Notes: generated by a model from the letters alone, not told the origin. 44,340 nucleotides of DNA from Candidatus Omnitrophota bacterium (GCA_015233495.1 JADFXQ010000010.1:1-44340); one strand, 5' to 3'. Shown: positions 28,283 through 38,024, numbered from the stretch's first letter. Program-made: numbers and translations.

Positions 28283-29086
28283 ATGAAAATTATTTCCGAC
28301 TATCATATGCATACCAAACTCTGCGGCCACGCGGACGGCGAGCCGGCGCAATACGTTGAGCGGGCGCTCGCTTTGGGATTGACCGAAATCGGATTTTCCG
28401 ACCATGCGCCGCTCGTGTCGCACCGCGACCCGGGAATCACGATGGATCACAGCGAACTGCCGCAATATCATCAAATGATCGAAAATATCCGCGCTCAATA
28501 TAAGGGAAAAATCAAAATCCGCACCGGGATTGAAGCGGATTTTCTCCCCGGATTTGAAACCCAGACCCAGGCTTTGCTCGGCAGTTATCCCTATGATTAT
28601 GTAATCGGGTCTATCCATTTTATCAAGCGCTGGGGATTTGACGACCCGATCCAAAGGCAGGAATGGGACAATAAAGACATTGATGAAGTATACCGGGAAT
28701 ATTACGAGCTCTTGCGGCAAAGCGCCGCCTCCGGTTTGTTCGACGTGATGGGCCATGTGGATGTGGTCAAAAAATTCGGGCATAAACCGTCGCAGCCGAT
28801 GATCGACGACGTAAAACGAACCGCACAGACATTTAAAAAAGCCGGGGTAGCGATCGAGTTGAACACCTCGGGCCTGCGCAAACCCGTCAAGGAAATGTAT
28901 CCGTCTTTATGGAGTCTGGAAATCTACGCCGCCGCCGGCGTGCCCCTCACCTTCGGCTCCGATGCCCACAAACCCGAAGAAGTCGGCGCGGATTTCGACC
29001 AAGCCCGCGACCTCGCGTTAAAGGCGGGTTACAAGAAATACGTCATATTTCAAAACAGAAAAATTTTCAAACAGAATTCTTTATAA
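28283..29086 (+). CDS. Histidinol-phosphatase, HisJ/PHP family
   Basis: DYHMHT.LCGHA, FSDH, GIEAD, GSIH, GSDAH; start reassigned to MKIISD. Confidence 0.88.
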   Translation: MKIISDYHMHTKLCGHADGEPAQYVERALALGLTEIGFSDHAPLVSHRDPGITMDHSELPQYHQMIENIRAQYKGKIKIRTGIEADFLPGFETQTQALLGSYPYDYVIGSIHFIKRWGFDDPIQRQEWDNKDIDEVYREYYELLRQSAASGLFDVMGHVDVVKKFGHKPSQPMIDDVKRTAQTFKKAGVAIELNTSGLRKPVKEMYPSLWSLEIYAAAGVPLTFGSDAHKPEEVGADFDQARDLALKAGYKKYVIFQNRKIFKQNSL

Positions 29087-29154
29087 ACTGCCCTAAAAAC
29101 AGCCCCAATTATAAGAGTAAAATTAAGGGAAAATATCGCCGACGCCTCTATAGA

Positions 29155-29287
29155 GTAGGGGCGCTCCTCGTGGGCGCCAGTTGTACGGCCGCGCTAAGAC
29201 GATGGTCGTGCTGAATAGGCACGACACTTAGTCGCCGCTTCGCTCCGCTCGAAACGCGGCGACTACGGGCGCCCACAAGGCGCCTAC
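29155..29287. repeat. REP-like element, copy 3, with extra internal hairpins
   Basis: GTAGGGGCGCTCCTCGTGGGCGCC...GGGCGCCCACAAGGCGCCTAC between convergent genes. Confidence 0.8.
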
Positions 29288-29316
29288 AATAAAAAAGAAA
29301 TTTCTATCGTATGGAT

Positions 29317-29937
29317 TTAGAAAAGCATTTCCTGCTGATCTCGTTTGATTTTGAAAAACGGTTTTTGAACCGAGAATAAATTGTGGATATCTTGGAAGGT
29401 TTTGATGTTCCTGGCTTCCGCGATGCCCAATAAACGGTTGAGAATCCCGCAAGTCAGCTGCACATCGGCAAGGGCCCGGTGGGTCTCCGCGACTTTGACG
29501 CCCAAGGCCACGGCAATGGATTGCAAACGGAAACTCCCCAAGTGCGGCATCAGGGTCTTTGCCATTTTCAGCGTGTCGAACGCCGGGGTCTCGTCTTTCA
29601 GCTTGCGGCCCATCAGGGATAGTTGATAGCAGACAAAATCCAGATCGAATTTCACATTGTGGCCGGCCAAACACGCTCCGCCGATGAACTCGGCGAATTT
29701 CGGCAAAAAATCTTCCGCAACCGGCGCGCCGTCCAGCATATCCACTGTGATATTATTGACCCGTTGGGCTTCAATGGGAAGATCGCGCTGGGGATTGATG
29801 AACGAACTGATCGTTTCCACGATTTTTCCGTTTTTCATTTTAATGCCCGCGATTTCAATGATCCGGTCGCCCCGTTCCGGGAAAAGGCCGGTTGTCTCGA
29901 CGTCAAACACCACGAATTCCGTTTCTGTCGCTTTCAT
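29317..29937 (-). CDS. DEDDh 3'-5' exonuclease (DnaQ-like)
   Basis: FDVETTG, HNVKFD, HRALAD. Confidence 0.92.
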   Translation of the reverse strand: MKATETEFVVFDVETTGLFPERGDRIIEIAGIKMKNGKIVETISSFINPQRDLPIEAQRVNNITVDMLDGAPVAEDFLPKFAEFIGGACLAGHNVKFDLDFVCYQLSLMGRKLKDETPAFDTLKMAKTLMPHLGSFRLQSIAVALGVKVAETHRALADVQLTCGILNRLLGIAEARNIKTFQDIHNLFSVQKPFFKIKRDQQEMLF

Positions 29938-30021
29938 TCCATATCCTTTTGTGATTCGAAATTATATGTTAAATGTTGCCGGGGCGACCGTTATCCTTAC
30001 GCAACCCGATGACGTTTACGT

Positions 30022-30113
30022 GTCGGGGCGCCCCTGGTTGGGGCCGGCGTGCTGGCGCGACCGCACACCGGGCGCCCACGAGCCTGCCTGCCGAAGGCAG
30101 GGGGCGCCCCTAC
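30022..30113. repeat. REP-like element, copy 4 (inverted spacer, 19-nt insert)
   Basis: GTCGGGGCGCCCC...CTGGCGCGACC...GGGCGCCCACGAG[19 nt]GGGCGCCCCTAC. Confidence 0.85.
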
Positions 30114-30388
30114 AGCTTCTTATACACGCAGTCCTGATCTCCGGGCCAGGATTTATGCAAAATCTCTCTTAAGGGAACGCAATTGATTTCGATTCCGCTT
30201 TTCGTCCGATGCAGACCGAACCGGTTGGCATAAACCGCGCATTGATACCGGCCGTCATTGCCGGCGATTAGACACTCGCACGGATCTCCCTCCACACTGC
30301 CGCAGCACGCGCCGCAACGCCGGCATTGTTCTTCCCAAACCGCGGACTGTCTAACTTGATAAATCTGATACTGTTCTTCGTCGGACAT
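30110..30388 (-). CDS. CxxCxxCC (YkgJ-like) cysteine cluster protein
   Basis: CRRCGACC...C..L...C.VYANR. Confidence 0.75.
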   Translation of the reverse strand: MSDEEQYQIYQVRQSAVWEEQCRRCGACCGSVEGDPCECLIAGNDGRYQCAVYANRFGLHRTKSGIEINCVPLREILHKSWPGDQDCVYKKL

Positions 30389-30395
30389 GATTGGA

Positions 30396-31100
30396 TTAAA
30401 ACTTATAATTCACACTCGCCGCGTAAGCAACAGAGTCAACCCATTGGGTTTCCAGATTCAGCCAAACGCGTTTCGTTAAAACGATATCCGTGCCCGCGAT
30501 CACCCCTACCCCGTATTCCGATTTGATCCGATTGCGTTCGGTGTCCACCCAGCGGATTTCATCCATCCGCGACAACTTGAAACCGGCATACGGAGTCAAT
30601 TTTCCGATATCATGCGAAATCAACGCGGAGAATTGCCAATCATCCAGCACCGCTTTGGTTTTCTTGCCATTGTCGACGCTGACCGAGTAAGGATGAATGC
30701 TGATATGCTGAAATCCGGCCACCGCCCGGGTTTTCCCGTCATCGAAAAATTTAACGCGGAATCCATACCCCCCGCCGAGAAAAGTCGGATAAGTAATGTC
30801 ATCGGCGCTGAGCCGCGATTCATAAATATTGCCGACCCCGCCTTTCAAATCCAATGACAGCCAATCCAACACGCCGTAAGACAGCAAAACAAATTCCTGC
30901 CGGCTGTGCATGGCGTCATTCGGGTCGGCTAAATCCCGTTCGGAAACAATATACGTTTGCAGACCTGCCGCCAATTTCCCTTTCTCCGGCATTCGCGTGC
31001 CATAAGCCGGCGCGGACCAACCGGGGTTGGCGAAACAAAAAATTATAACCGAAATCATTCCAAGAAACAAAGTCGTATTCGGCCCGAGTGATTTTATCAT
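30396..31100 (-). CDS. Outer-membrane beta-barrel protein
   Basis: AAGGAG RBS before MIKSLG; signal peptide; amphipathic strands; C-terminal VNYKF. Confidence 0.75.
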   Translation of the reverse strand: MIKSLGPNTTLFLGMISVIIFCFANPGWSAPAYGTRMPEKGKLAAGLQTYIVSERDLADPNDAMHSRQEFVLLSYGVLDWLSLDLKGGVGNIYESRLSADDITYPTFLGGGYGFRVKFFDDGKTRAVAGFQHISIHPYSVSVDNGKKTKAVLDDWQFSALISHDIGKLTPYAGFKLSRMDEIRWVDTERNRIKSEYGVGVIAGTDIVLTKRVWLNLETQWVDSVAYAASVNYKF

Positions 31101-31113
31101 AGCGCTCCTTATC

Positions 31114-33744
31114 TTATTTTTCTTCCGGCCTACCCAAGCGTTGACGCGCTTCATTACGGACATTTTTAATAGAATCGTTTGCCGCAATCTGGGCCAATTT
31201 TCTTTTATTGATAAGCTTACGCACCGCGGTTCGCCGGACTTCCGGATTGGGATCTTGAATTGCAATCTGCGCCAGAAGATTCTGATCCGCCAGATGAGAA
31301 ACTGCAGCCGCCCGGGCCTCGTCATCCGGCGCGTCAACCGCAACCTTGGCTATAAGGGTTTGATCTTTCAGATTGGCGGCCGCTGTGCGGCGAACCCACG
31401 AATCCGGATCTTTCAAAGCAATTCCGGCTAAAACATTTTGATCAGTCAGTTTGACAACCGCGTCGCAGCGGACAAAATCATCCGGATCATCGACTGCCAC
31501 GCGCGACAACAATTTTTGATCGGTGATGTTTTTAACAGCTTCACACCGCACACTAATCGACTGATCGGCAATAACAACTTGAGATAAGACGTTTTGATCG
31601 GAAAGATTCTTGACAGCCGCGAGTCGAACTTCTTTATCCGGATCGGTAAGCGTAATTTTGCCTAAAAGATTTTGATCCGTCAGCTTCGCGGCCACCGCGG
31701 CCCGCACGGCCGGGTCTTGGCTGGCTTGGATAACTTTAGCCAACCGCGCCTGATCTACGAGATTCTTGACCGCCTTGCGCCGGGTACTCTCATCCGTATC
31801 ATTGATGGCAATCTGAGCCAACAAATCCTGATCCGTGATCGTTTCCACAACCATAAAACGCGCGAAATCATCATGGGCTTCGTGATAAATGCGCGCCAAT
31901 AACTGTTGATCCGAAATTTTTTTCAAAGCTTCAATGATCACGCCGTTTTTATCATCTTTCATTGCAATGACAATGTCCGCCAACAATTTTTGATCTGTCA
32001 AAACCTTGATGGCCGCTTCGCTGACATCAGGATTTTTATCGTTGATCGCGATTTTACCCGCGAGGTTCTGATCAGTGAGATATCCGCCCGCGGTCATCCG
32101 AACCGCCGGATCGGCATCCGTTTGCGCTATTTTAGACAAAAATTCCTGGTTCACCGTGCCGCGGGAATCACCGGCAGAAAGCCGCGCCCCTTTGTCTTTC
32201 TCTAAATTGCTTTCCTGGTTCATCAGTTTTTTAATTGCGGCGACGCGGACGATCGGCATTTGATCTTCCACAGTGATCCGGCGGAGTAAATCCGGAATAG
32301 AAATTTGCTCCACTGCCGCCTGCCGCAATTCCGCGATCTTGCCTTGAGTAGCCAATGCAATCAATTCATTTTCGGAACACCGCGTTTTCTGAAGTAAATC
32401 AGCGATCAACTCCGCAATCGGCATATCGGCGGGCAAATACGAACGTCCGCTTGCGTTAAACGACAAAAGCTGTGGAAAAAACGTTTTCCAGGTAACGGAA
32501 ATGGTCTGCGGTTTTTTATCTGTTGGCTCCACCCAATCGAGCGCTACGGAAACTTGTTCGCCGTAGGCTTGGCAAGCATTTCGATAATCAACCGGCCCGA
32601 TACGCTCGGCATCAATTGTGACTTTTATCGGCTCGATTTTTTTCAAATAAGCAACTTCTCTGATCGCTTGACGCAGGCGGATGATCCGTAATAAATTATC
32701 ATCGGATTTCCATTCTCCGGCCAATTTTTCGTCCCAGGAATCTAATTGATACGCCGCAAACCGGCCGACAATCTCATTAGGATATTCCTTAATGATTTGA
32801 ATCAGCGTCTCGCGATCCTTGATTTTCTTCAGCGCTTTCAAACGGCCGTTGATATCAAGACCGGCTGCCCAAAATTCCTCCTTGGCTTGGGCATCCGGGT
32901 TTTGCGCTGTTGTTTCCAAGACCGGAAGCTCCGGGGCAGCGCTCTTGACAGTCGCGAGCCTACTCAACGCCTTAAGCGCCCCTTCCCGCATATTTGGATT
33001 TTTAAGCATCCCCGCCAAAATTGCTTTTGCCGGTTCCCCCAACTGGGCGCAGCCGGCGATATCATCCTTTGCCAAAAGATACGCCAAGCGTTCATCCATG
33101 GTTGAAGGCGACCAATGCCATTTATCCAAAGCCGCGACCGCTGTTAACCGGATATCTGGTTGGTCTTGCAGTAATCCCAGCAACTGAATGTAACCTTCTT
33201 TATTACCCTGCGCTATTAGTGCGTCGGCGCTGTCGACCAAACCGGAATGTTGTTGTCGGTAGAGTTCTTGAAAAGCCACCCGGACCAGATGAGCCTTGGA
33301 TGCAGCGATCTCCGGCATTTTAATCGAAAGACGGGCCGAGGTGTCTTTACATAACATCTCTTTAAAGTTAAACGAGGCGGCAACTTCGACATCAAACGTT
33401 CGTTCATTTTCAAGCGTCACCGGATCAATCAACATCAAAGTTTTTCCGGAATCCAGCAAGCGTAGAGCCGCATCCCTGTCTGGCGGCGGCATCATATTTG
33501 GCAAACCTATGTCCAGCTTGATATTGGTCGCGACTCCGATCCGGCCATCTGCCATTTTTTTCACAAAACCAATCGTATCAAAACCCGGCACAAAAAATGT
33601 TTTGTCAACGGTAAAAGTAAACCGCGAATCCGGGGAATCGGTTTTCTGGTCGTTGCCCGCCCATGAAAAAACCGCCGCTCCCAAAACCAACAGGATCAAA
33701 AAATGAATTGATAACCATTGTTTTGTCCGTTGCCTGCCGCGCAT
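31114..33744 (-). CDS. Exported HEAT-like repeat protein
   Basis: Signal peptide; ~11 repeats of about 31 aa (LTDQ.LLA.IA..D.D..VR.AAV..). Confidence 0.8.
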   Translation of the reverse strand: MRGRQRTKQWLSIHFLILLVLGAAVFSWAGNDQKTDSPDSRFTFTVDKTFFVPGFDTIGFVKKMADGRIGVATNIKLDIGLPNMMPPPDRDAALRLLDSGKTLMLIDPVTLENERTFDVEVAASFNFKEMLCKDTSARLSIKMPEIAASKAHLVRVAFQELYRQQHSGLVDSADALIAQGNKEGYIQLLGLLQDQPDIRLTAVAALDKWHWSPSTMDERLAYLLAKDDIAGCAQLGEPAKAILAGMLKNPNMREGALKALSRLATVKSAAPELPVLETTAQNPDAQAKEEFWAAGLDINGRLKALKKIKDRETLIQIIKEYPNEIVGRFAAYQLDSWDEKLAGEWKSDDNLLRIIRLRQAIREVAYLKKIEPIKVTIDAERIGPVDYRNACQAYGEQVSVALDWVEPTDKKPQTISVTWKTFFPQLLSFNASGRSYLPADMPIAELIADLLQKTRCSENELIALATQGKIAELRQAAVEQISIPDLLRRITVEDQMPIVRVAAIKKLMNQESNLEKDKGARLSAGDSRGTVNQEFLSKIAQTDADPAVRMTAGGYLTDQNLAGKIAINDKNPDVSEAAIKVLTDQKLLADIVIAMKDDKNGVIIEALKKISDQQLLARIYHEAHDDFARFMVVETITDQDLLAQIAINDTDESTRRKAVKNLVDQARLAKVIQASQDPAVRAAVAAKLTDQNLLGKITLTDPDKEVRLAAVKNLSDQNVLSQVVIADQSISVRCEAVKNITDQKLLSRVAVDDPDDFVRCDAVVKLTDQNVLAGIALKDPDSWVRRTAAANLKDQTLIAKVAVDAPDDEARAAAVSHLADQNLLAQIAIQDPNPEVRRTAVRKLINKRKLAQIAANDSIKNVRNEARQRLGRPEEK

Positions 33745-33767
33745 ATAGCTCCTTTCAAAACTATTCC

Positions 33768-34799
33768 TTAACGATCTTCCGGAATGCCCAAACGTTCGCG
33801 CGATAGATTATGAATCGCATCATCCTGATCTTCCAAATATATTTTAGCCAATAGAGCCGGGTCAGACACTTTCTCAACCGCGGCCAAACGCACCAATGAA
33901 GACCGGTCTTCCAAAGCGATTTTGCTTATAATCTCCGGGGCGTTTAATCCTGCAACCGCGGCCCAGCGCAATTCCGGAACAATGCTTTGCGTCGCCAAAA
34001 ATGACAATTCGTTTTCGGAACAAGAAAGCCGCGACAAAAGTTTGGCCATGTACTTATGCATCGGTATGTCCGCTGACCACAGCAAAACATCCTTTGATCC
34101 GCCGGACGTCTCAATCGACCGCGGAAAATCGGTTTCCCATGATTCCCGGACCTCCTGATTCGACTTGGTCTTGAGTCCAGACCATGTCACCGAAATGTCA
34201 ACCTGTTCACCGTATTCGGAAAACGACACTCCCCTCCCGGAATAATAGACCGGACCCAACCTTTTCGCCTGAACAACCACCTTCATATTTTTCAAATTTT
34301 TGAGCTTTTCAAGCTCTTTCCCGGCCCGGCGCAACCGAAGGATTTTTCCCGGGTTATCATGATAATCATCCCATCTTTCCGGTAAATCATCCGGCGATTC
34401 AATCCGATAGGCCGCGAACTGCCGAATCACCGCGTCAACGCCGTTACCTTGAACGATCTTGGCCAAAAGCGGTTGATCCGTGAGTTTGTTAAACGCCGTG
34501 AAACGAACATCCGGGTCCGAGTCTTCAACCGCGCGTTTCGCCAATAAATTTTGATCCGCTATCTGCTCGACAGCGGCTGACCGGACCAGGGCTTGTTCGT
34601 CTTTCACCGCGATTTCCGCTAATTGGGTTGGAGACGCTTCCTGCCGCACAGCGGCAATCCGGTTTTGGCTGTCCGGATATTTCGCCAAATATGCTTCATA
34701 AGCCTTAGTATCCGCCGCGAAAATACCCTTTGCGTAAAAAAGCCCCGTGAGCACGATCATCATTACTTTAAGCATTACGGTCTTTTTCAGTTTCGACAT
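33768..34799 (-). CDS. Exported HEAT-like repeat protein, shorter paralog (start may be 34820)
   Basis: Signal peptide; same repeat and shared central domain with 31114-33744. Confidence 0.78.
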   Translation of the reverse strand: MSKLKKTVMLKVMMIVLTGLFYAKGIFAADTKAYEAYLAKYPDSQNRIAAVRQEASPTQLAEIAVKDEQALVRSAAVEQIADQNLLAKRAVEDSDPDVRFTAFNKLTDQPLLAKIVQGNGVDAVIRQFAAYRIESPDDLPERWDDYHDNPGKILRLRRAGKELEKLKNLKNMKVVVQAKRLGPVYYSGRGVSFSEYGEQVDISVTWSGLKTKSNQEVRESWETDFPRSIETSGGSKDVLLWSADIPMHKYMAKLLSRLSCSENELSFLATQSIVPELRWAAVAGLNAPEIISKIALEDRSSLVRLAAVEKVSDPALLAKIYLEDQDDAIHNLSRERLGIPEDR

Positions 34800-34833
34800 T
34801 TTTTCCCGGCGGTTAATCACAACATTCTCTCGC

Positions 34834-36066
34834 TTATTTTGTTGATTTTAGGGTTCTGATGAACTCATTCAAGATTTTTAAAAATTTGGCGTTCACTTTC
34901 TCACCTTTAATATCACAAAATTTTCGGCCATTCCGGTAAACCACAGCCGAAGGTTTCTCCTGTCGTCCCGGAAGGCTGATGCCAATGTCGGCGTGACAAC
35001 TTTCGCCGGGGCCGTTGACCACACAGCCCATGACCGCGATTTTCAACCGCTCGACTCCGGGAACATTTTTTTTCCAGCGCGGCATTTGGGCCGACACAAA
35101 CGCCCGCACGTCCGCAGCCAAACGCTGAAACTCCTCTCCGGAAGTCCGGCCGCAGCCCGGACAGCTGATGACTTGCGGCATAAAATCCCGCAAACCCAAG
35201 GATTGCAATAAATGCCGGGCCACCTCAACTTCCCGGGCCCGTTTCACACCGGGTTCCGGCGTGAGCGAAACCCGAATCGTATCACCGATCCCCTGCCCCA
35301 AGAGCAAACTCAAGGCCGCGCTGCTCGCCACCACTCCGGGAAGACCGCCGCCCGCTTCGGTCAGGCCCAAGTGCAAAACATAATCGCATTGGTTGGCCAA
35401 TTGTTCATACACTTCAACCATATCCCGGACCGTCGACATTTTAACGCTCAATACGATTTGGGATTTTTTCAGCCCCAATTTTTCCGCAAAGGCCGCGCTG
35501 TCCAAAGCGCTTTTGATCATGGCTTGACTGATAATTTTTTTCGGCGTCTGGCGCTTGGTCCGGCGCGTCATTGCGGCGAGCAGATCCGGGTCTAATGATC
35601 CGCTGTTCACCCCGATGCGTACCGGCTTGTCATATTCAAGGGCCAGCTTAATAAATGTTTCAAAATGCGCGTCATGTCTGGAGCCCCGTCCGACATTGCC
35701 GGGATTGATCCGGTATTTATCCAAAGCCCGGGCGCATTCGGGAAAACTGTTTAATAAAACGTGGCCGTTAAAATGAAAATCGCCGATGATCGGCGTGGAA
35801 ATCCCTTGATCCCGCAGCCGCGCCACAATCAACGGCACTGCTTGGGCCGCGGCTTCGTCATTCACAGTCCAACGCACCAAGTCCGCGCCGGCATCCGACA
35901 ATTCCCGAGTCTGGCGGAATGTCGCTTCCTGATCTGCCGTCAAGGTGTTGGTCATCGATTGAACTGCGATGAGATGACTAGAGCCTAAAAACAAGCCGCC
36001 AATCTTAACGGAAGGCGTTTTTCGACGTACTAAACCCGTCATATTTCTTTTACTCTCTGAATTCAC
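34834..36066 (-). CDS. ispG: 4-hydroxy-3-methylbut-2-enyl diphosphate synthase (start may be 36042)
   Basis: VQSMTNT, GDFHFN, RINPGN, HLGLTEAG, CPGCGRT, MGCVVNGPGE. Confidence 0.97.
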   Translation of the reverse strand: MNSESKRNMTGLVRRKTPSVKIGGLFLGSSHLIAVQSMTNTLTADQEATFRQTRELSDAGADLVRWTVNDEAAAQAVPLIVARLRDQGISTPIIGDFHFNGHVLLNSFPECARALDKYRINPGNVGRGSRHDAHFETFIKLALEYDKPVRIGVNSGSLDPDLLAAMTRRTKRQTPKKIISQAMIKSALDSAAFAEKLGLKKSQIVLSVKMSTVRDMVEVYEQLANQCDYVLHLGLTEAGGGLPGVVASSAALSLLLGQGIGDTIRVSLTPEPGVKRAREVEVARHLLQSLGLRDFMPQVISCPGCGRTSGEEFQRLAADVRAFVSAQMPRWKKNVPGVERLKIAVMGCVVNGPGESCHADIGISLPGRQEKPSAVVYRNGRKFCDIKGEKVNAKFLKILNEFIRTLKSTK

Positions 36067-36147
36067 GTGTTATACTTTTGACGTTGTGGTTTATTATAAA
36101 TAAGGTTTTCGCATAATTCAATTCAAACCTTCAATCTCGTCTACCCC

Positions 36148-37068
36148 ATGGAAGTATATTTAGCTAAAACCCAAGGGTTCTGCGCCGGCGTGACCTACGC
36201 AATTGCCATCGTGGAATCAACGCTCCAACGTTATGGCGCGCCATTGTATGTTTATCACGAAATCGTGCACAACACGCGCGTGGTCGGAGAATTCCGCAAG
36301 CGCGGCGTGATTTTCGTCGAAGATGTGGACACTGTGCCGCTCGGCGCGCGTTTAATTTTCAGCGCCCATGGTGTCTCCCCCGTGGAAATCATCCGCGCCG
36401 AAAAACGGCAATTACATATTTTTGACGCCACCTGCCCTTTAGTCGCCAAAGTGCACGAAGAAGCGGTGCGTTTTTCCCAACAGGGCTGTGAAGTCATTTT
36501 GATCGGCCACAAAGGCCATCAGGAAATCATCGGCACATCGGGATACATTGACCCTCGGCATTTGCACATTATTGAAAACGAAGACGACTTGGAGCTCTTA
36601 ACCATCGAACGCAACGCGAAAGTCGCGTATTTGACCCAAACCACACTGGCTGTGGATGAAACTAAAAAAATCGTCGACCGATTAAAACAAAAATTTCCAA
36701 ACTGCTTGCCGCGGCCGTTGTCGGATTTATGTTACGCCACCCAAAACCGTCAGGACGCGGTGAAAGAATTGGCAACCAGCTGCGATATCATTATCATCTG
36801 CGGCTCAGCCAACAGCTCCAACAGCAACCGCCTGCGCGAGACCGGCGCCAAAACCGGCGTCGAAAGCTATATAATCGACAATGCCCAAGAATTGGACTTA
36901 ACTTTGTTAAAACACAAACGGGCTATCGGTATAAGTTCCGGGGCATCTGTCCCCCGCGACATTGTCGATGAAGTCGTGCAAAAAATCAAAATATTATTTC
37001 CCGCGGCGCAAATTTACACGTTTCCTGACCCGGAAAAAAATATCGTTTTCAAACTGCCGGAGATTTAA
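36148..37068 (+). CDS. ispH: 4-hydroxy-3-methylbut-2-enyl diphosphate reductase
   Basis: GFCAGV, EIVHN, SAHGV, DATCPLV, QTTL, CYATQNRQ, SSNS. Confidence 0.97.
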   Translation: MEVYLAKTQGFCAGVTYAIAIVESTLQRYGAPLYVYHEIVHNTRVVGEFRKRGVIFVEDVDTVPLGARLIFSAHGVSPVEIIRAEKRQLHIFDATCPLVAKVHEEAVRFSQQGCEVILIGHKGHQEIIGTSGYIDPRHLHIIENEDDLELLTIERNAKVAYLTQTTLAVDETKKIVDRLKQKFPNCLPRPLSDLCYATQNRQDAVKELATSCDIIIICGSANSSNSNRLRETGAKTGVESYIIDNAQELDLTLLKHKRAIGISSGASVPRDIVDEVVQKIKILFPAAQIYTFPDPEKNIVFKLPEI

Positions 37069-38024
37069 TGGATTATTCGCTTTTGCAACAACAAAACATC
37101 TCTTACCGCGTCAGCGCCCGGCTCGCCGATTACACGACCTTCCGTTTAGGCGGACCGTGCCGTTGCCTGATTTTTTGCGCTACTCCTGAAGAATTAAAAA
37201 CCGCGTTTTCCCTTTTTACCCCAGCCTCTGAAACCCTTTTGGTCATCGGCGGCGGCTCCAACATCGTAGTCGCGGATCAAGGAGTCGATGCTATCGTTAT
37301 CCGTTACGCCACGGAAACTCCCCGGATTCAAAGGAACGGGACCCGGGTTTCCGTATCCGCGGCCACCTATCTGGACGAACTCGTCAGCTACGCCGCCCAA
37401 CAGGGGCTATCCGGACTCAATTTTGCCTCCGGCATTCCCGGCACTGTCGGCGGAGCTGTGGCAGGAAACGCGGGCGCCTTTGGCCGGCAAATCGGCGATG
37501 CAGTCGGCTCCGCAGTAGTATTGCGCCCAGATAGTCAAACCCGGCAAATCTCGCGCGAAGTGATGGGTTTTGCTTACCGCGATTCGATTTTTAAAAAATC
37601 CCGCGACATCATCCTGACCGTTGATTTTAATCTCTCTCCGGAAGATCCAAGAATTTTACAAAAAGAACGGGCGGACATTTTAAACCTGCGCCGCGAAAAA
37701 CACCCTGACTGGCGGCAAATCCCTTCTGCCGGCAGCTTTTTTCGTAATATCGAGCCTAGCTCGCAAGCCGGGCGGCGGCAGTCCGCCGGATGGTTTTTGG
37801 AACAAGCCGGAGCGAAAGAACTGAATATCAATGGCGGACGCGCTTTTGCCAAACACGCTAATATCCTCATCAAGGCCCCTCAGACAACCGCGCAAGACAT
37901 TCATGACCTCTCTTTACGCCTGCAGGACCTTGTAGTAAAGAAATTCAAATTAAAGCTTGAACGTGAGGTGCTGTTTGTTGGACAATTCAAAGGAAAACCG
38001 CCAACCGCCGGACTGCTTTGGTAA
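37068..38024 (+). CDS. murB: UDP-N-acetylenolpyruvoylglucosamine reductase
   Basis: TTFRLGG, IGGGSN, GIPGTVGGA..NAGA, YRDS, SAGSFFRN, LEREV. Confidence 0.95.
   Translation: MDYSLLQQQNISYRVSARLADYTTFRLGGPCRCLIFCATPEELKTAFSLFTPASETLLVIGGGSNIVVADQGVDAIVIRYATETPRIQRNGTRVSVSAATYLDELVSYAAQQGLSGLNFASGIPGTVGGAVAGNAGAFGRQIGDAVGSAVVLRPDSQTRQISREVMGFAYRDSIFKKSRDIILTVDFNLSPEDPRILQKERADILNLRREKHPDWRQIPSAGSFFRNIEPSSQAGRRQSAGWFLEQAGAKELNINGGRAFAKHANILIKAPQTTAQDIHDLSLRLQDLVVKKFKLKLEREVLFVGQFKGKPPTAGLLW

Noticed and set aside
16670..30113. Repeated GGGCGCCC palindromes as a CRISPR array or integron attC sites
   Set aside because: Dispersed kilobases apart, no regular spacers, no cas or intI gene, and no GTTRRRY/RYYYAAC ends
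31101..31343. N-terminal extension of the 315-aa barrel ORF
   Set aside because: Overlaps the HEAT gene in another frame; RBS and signal peptide support a start at 31100
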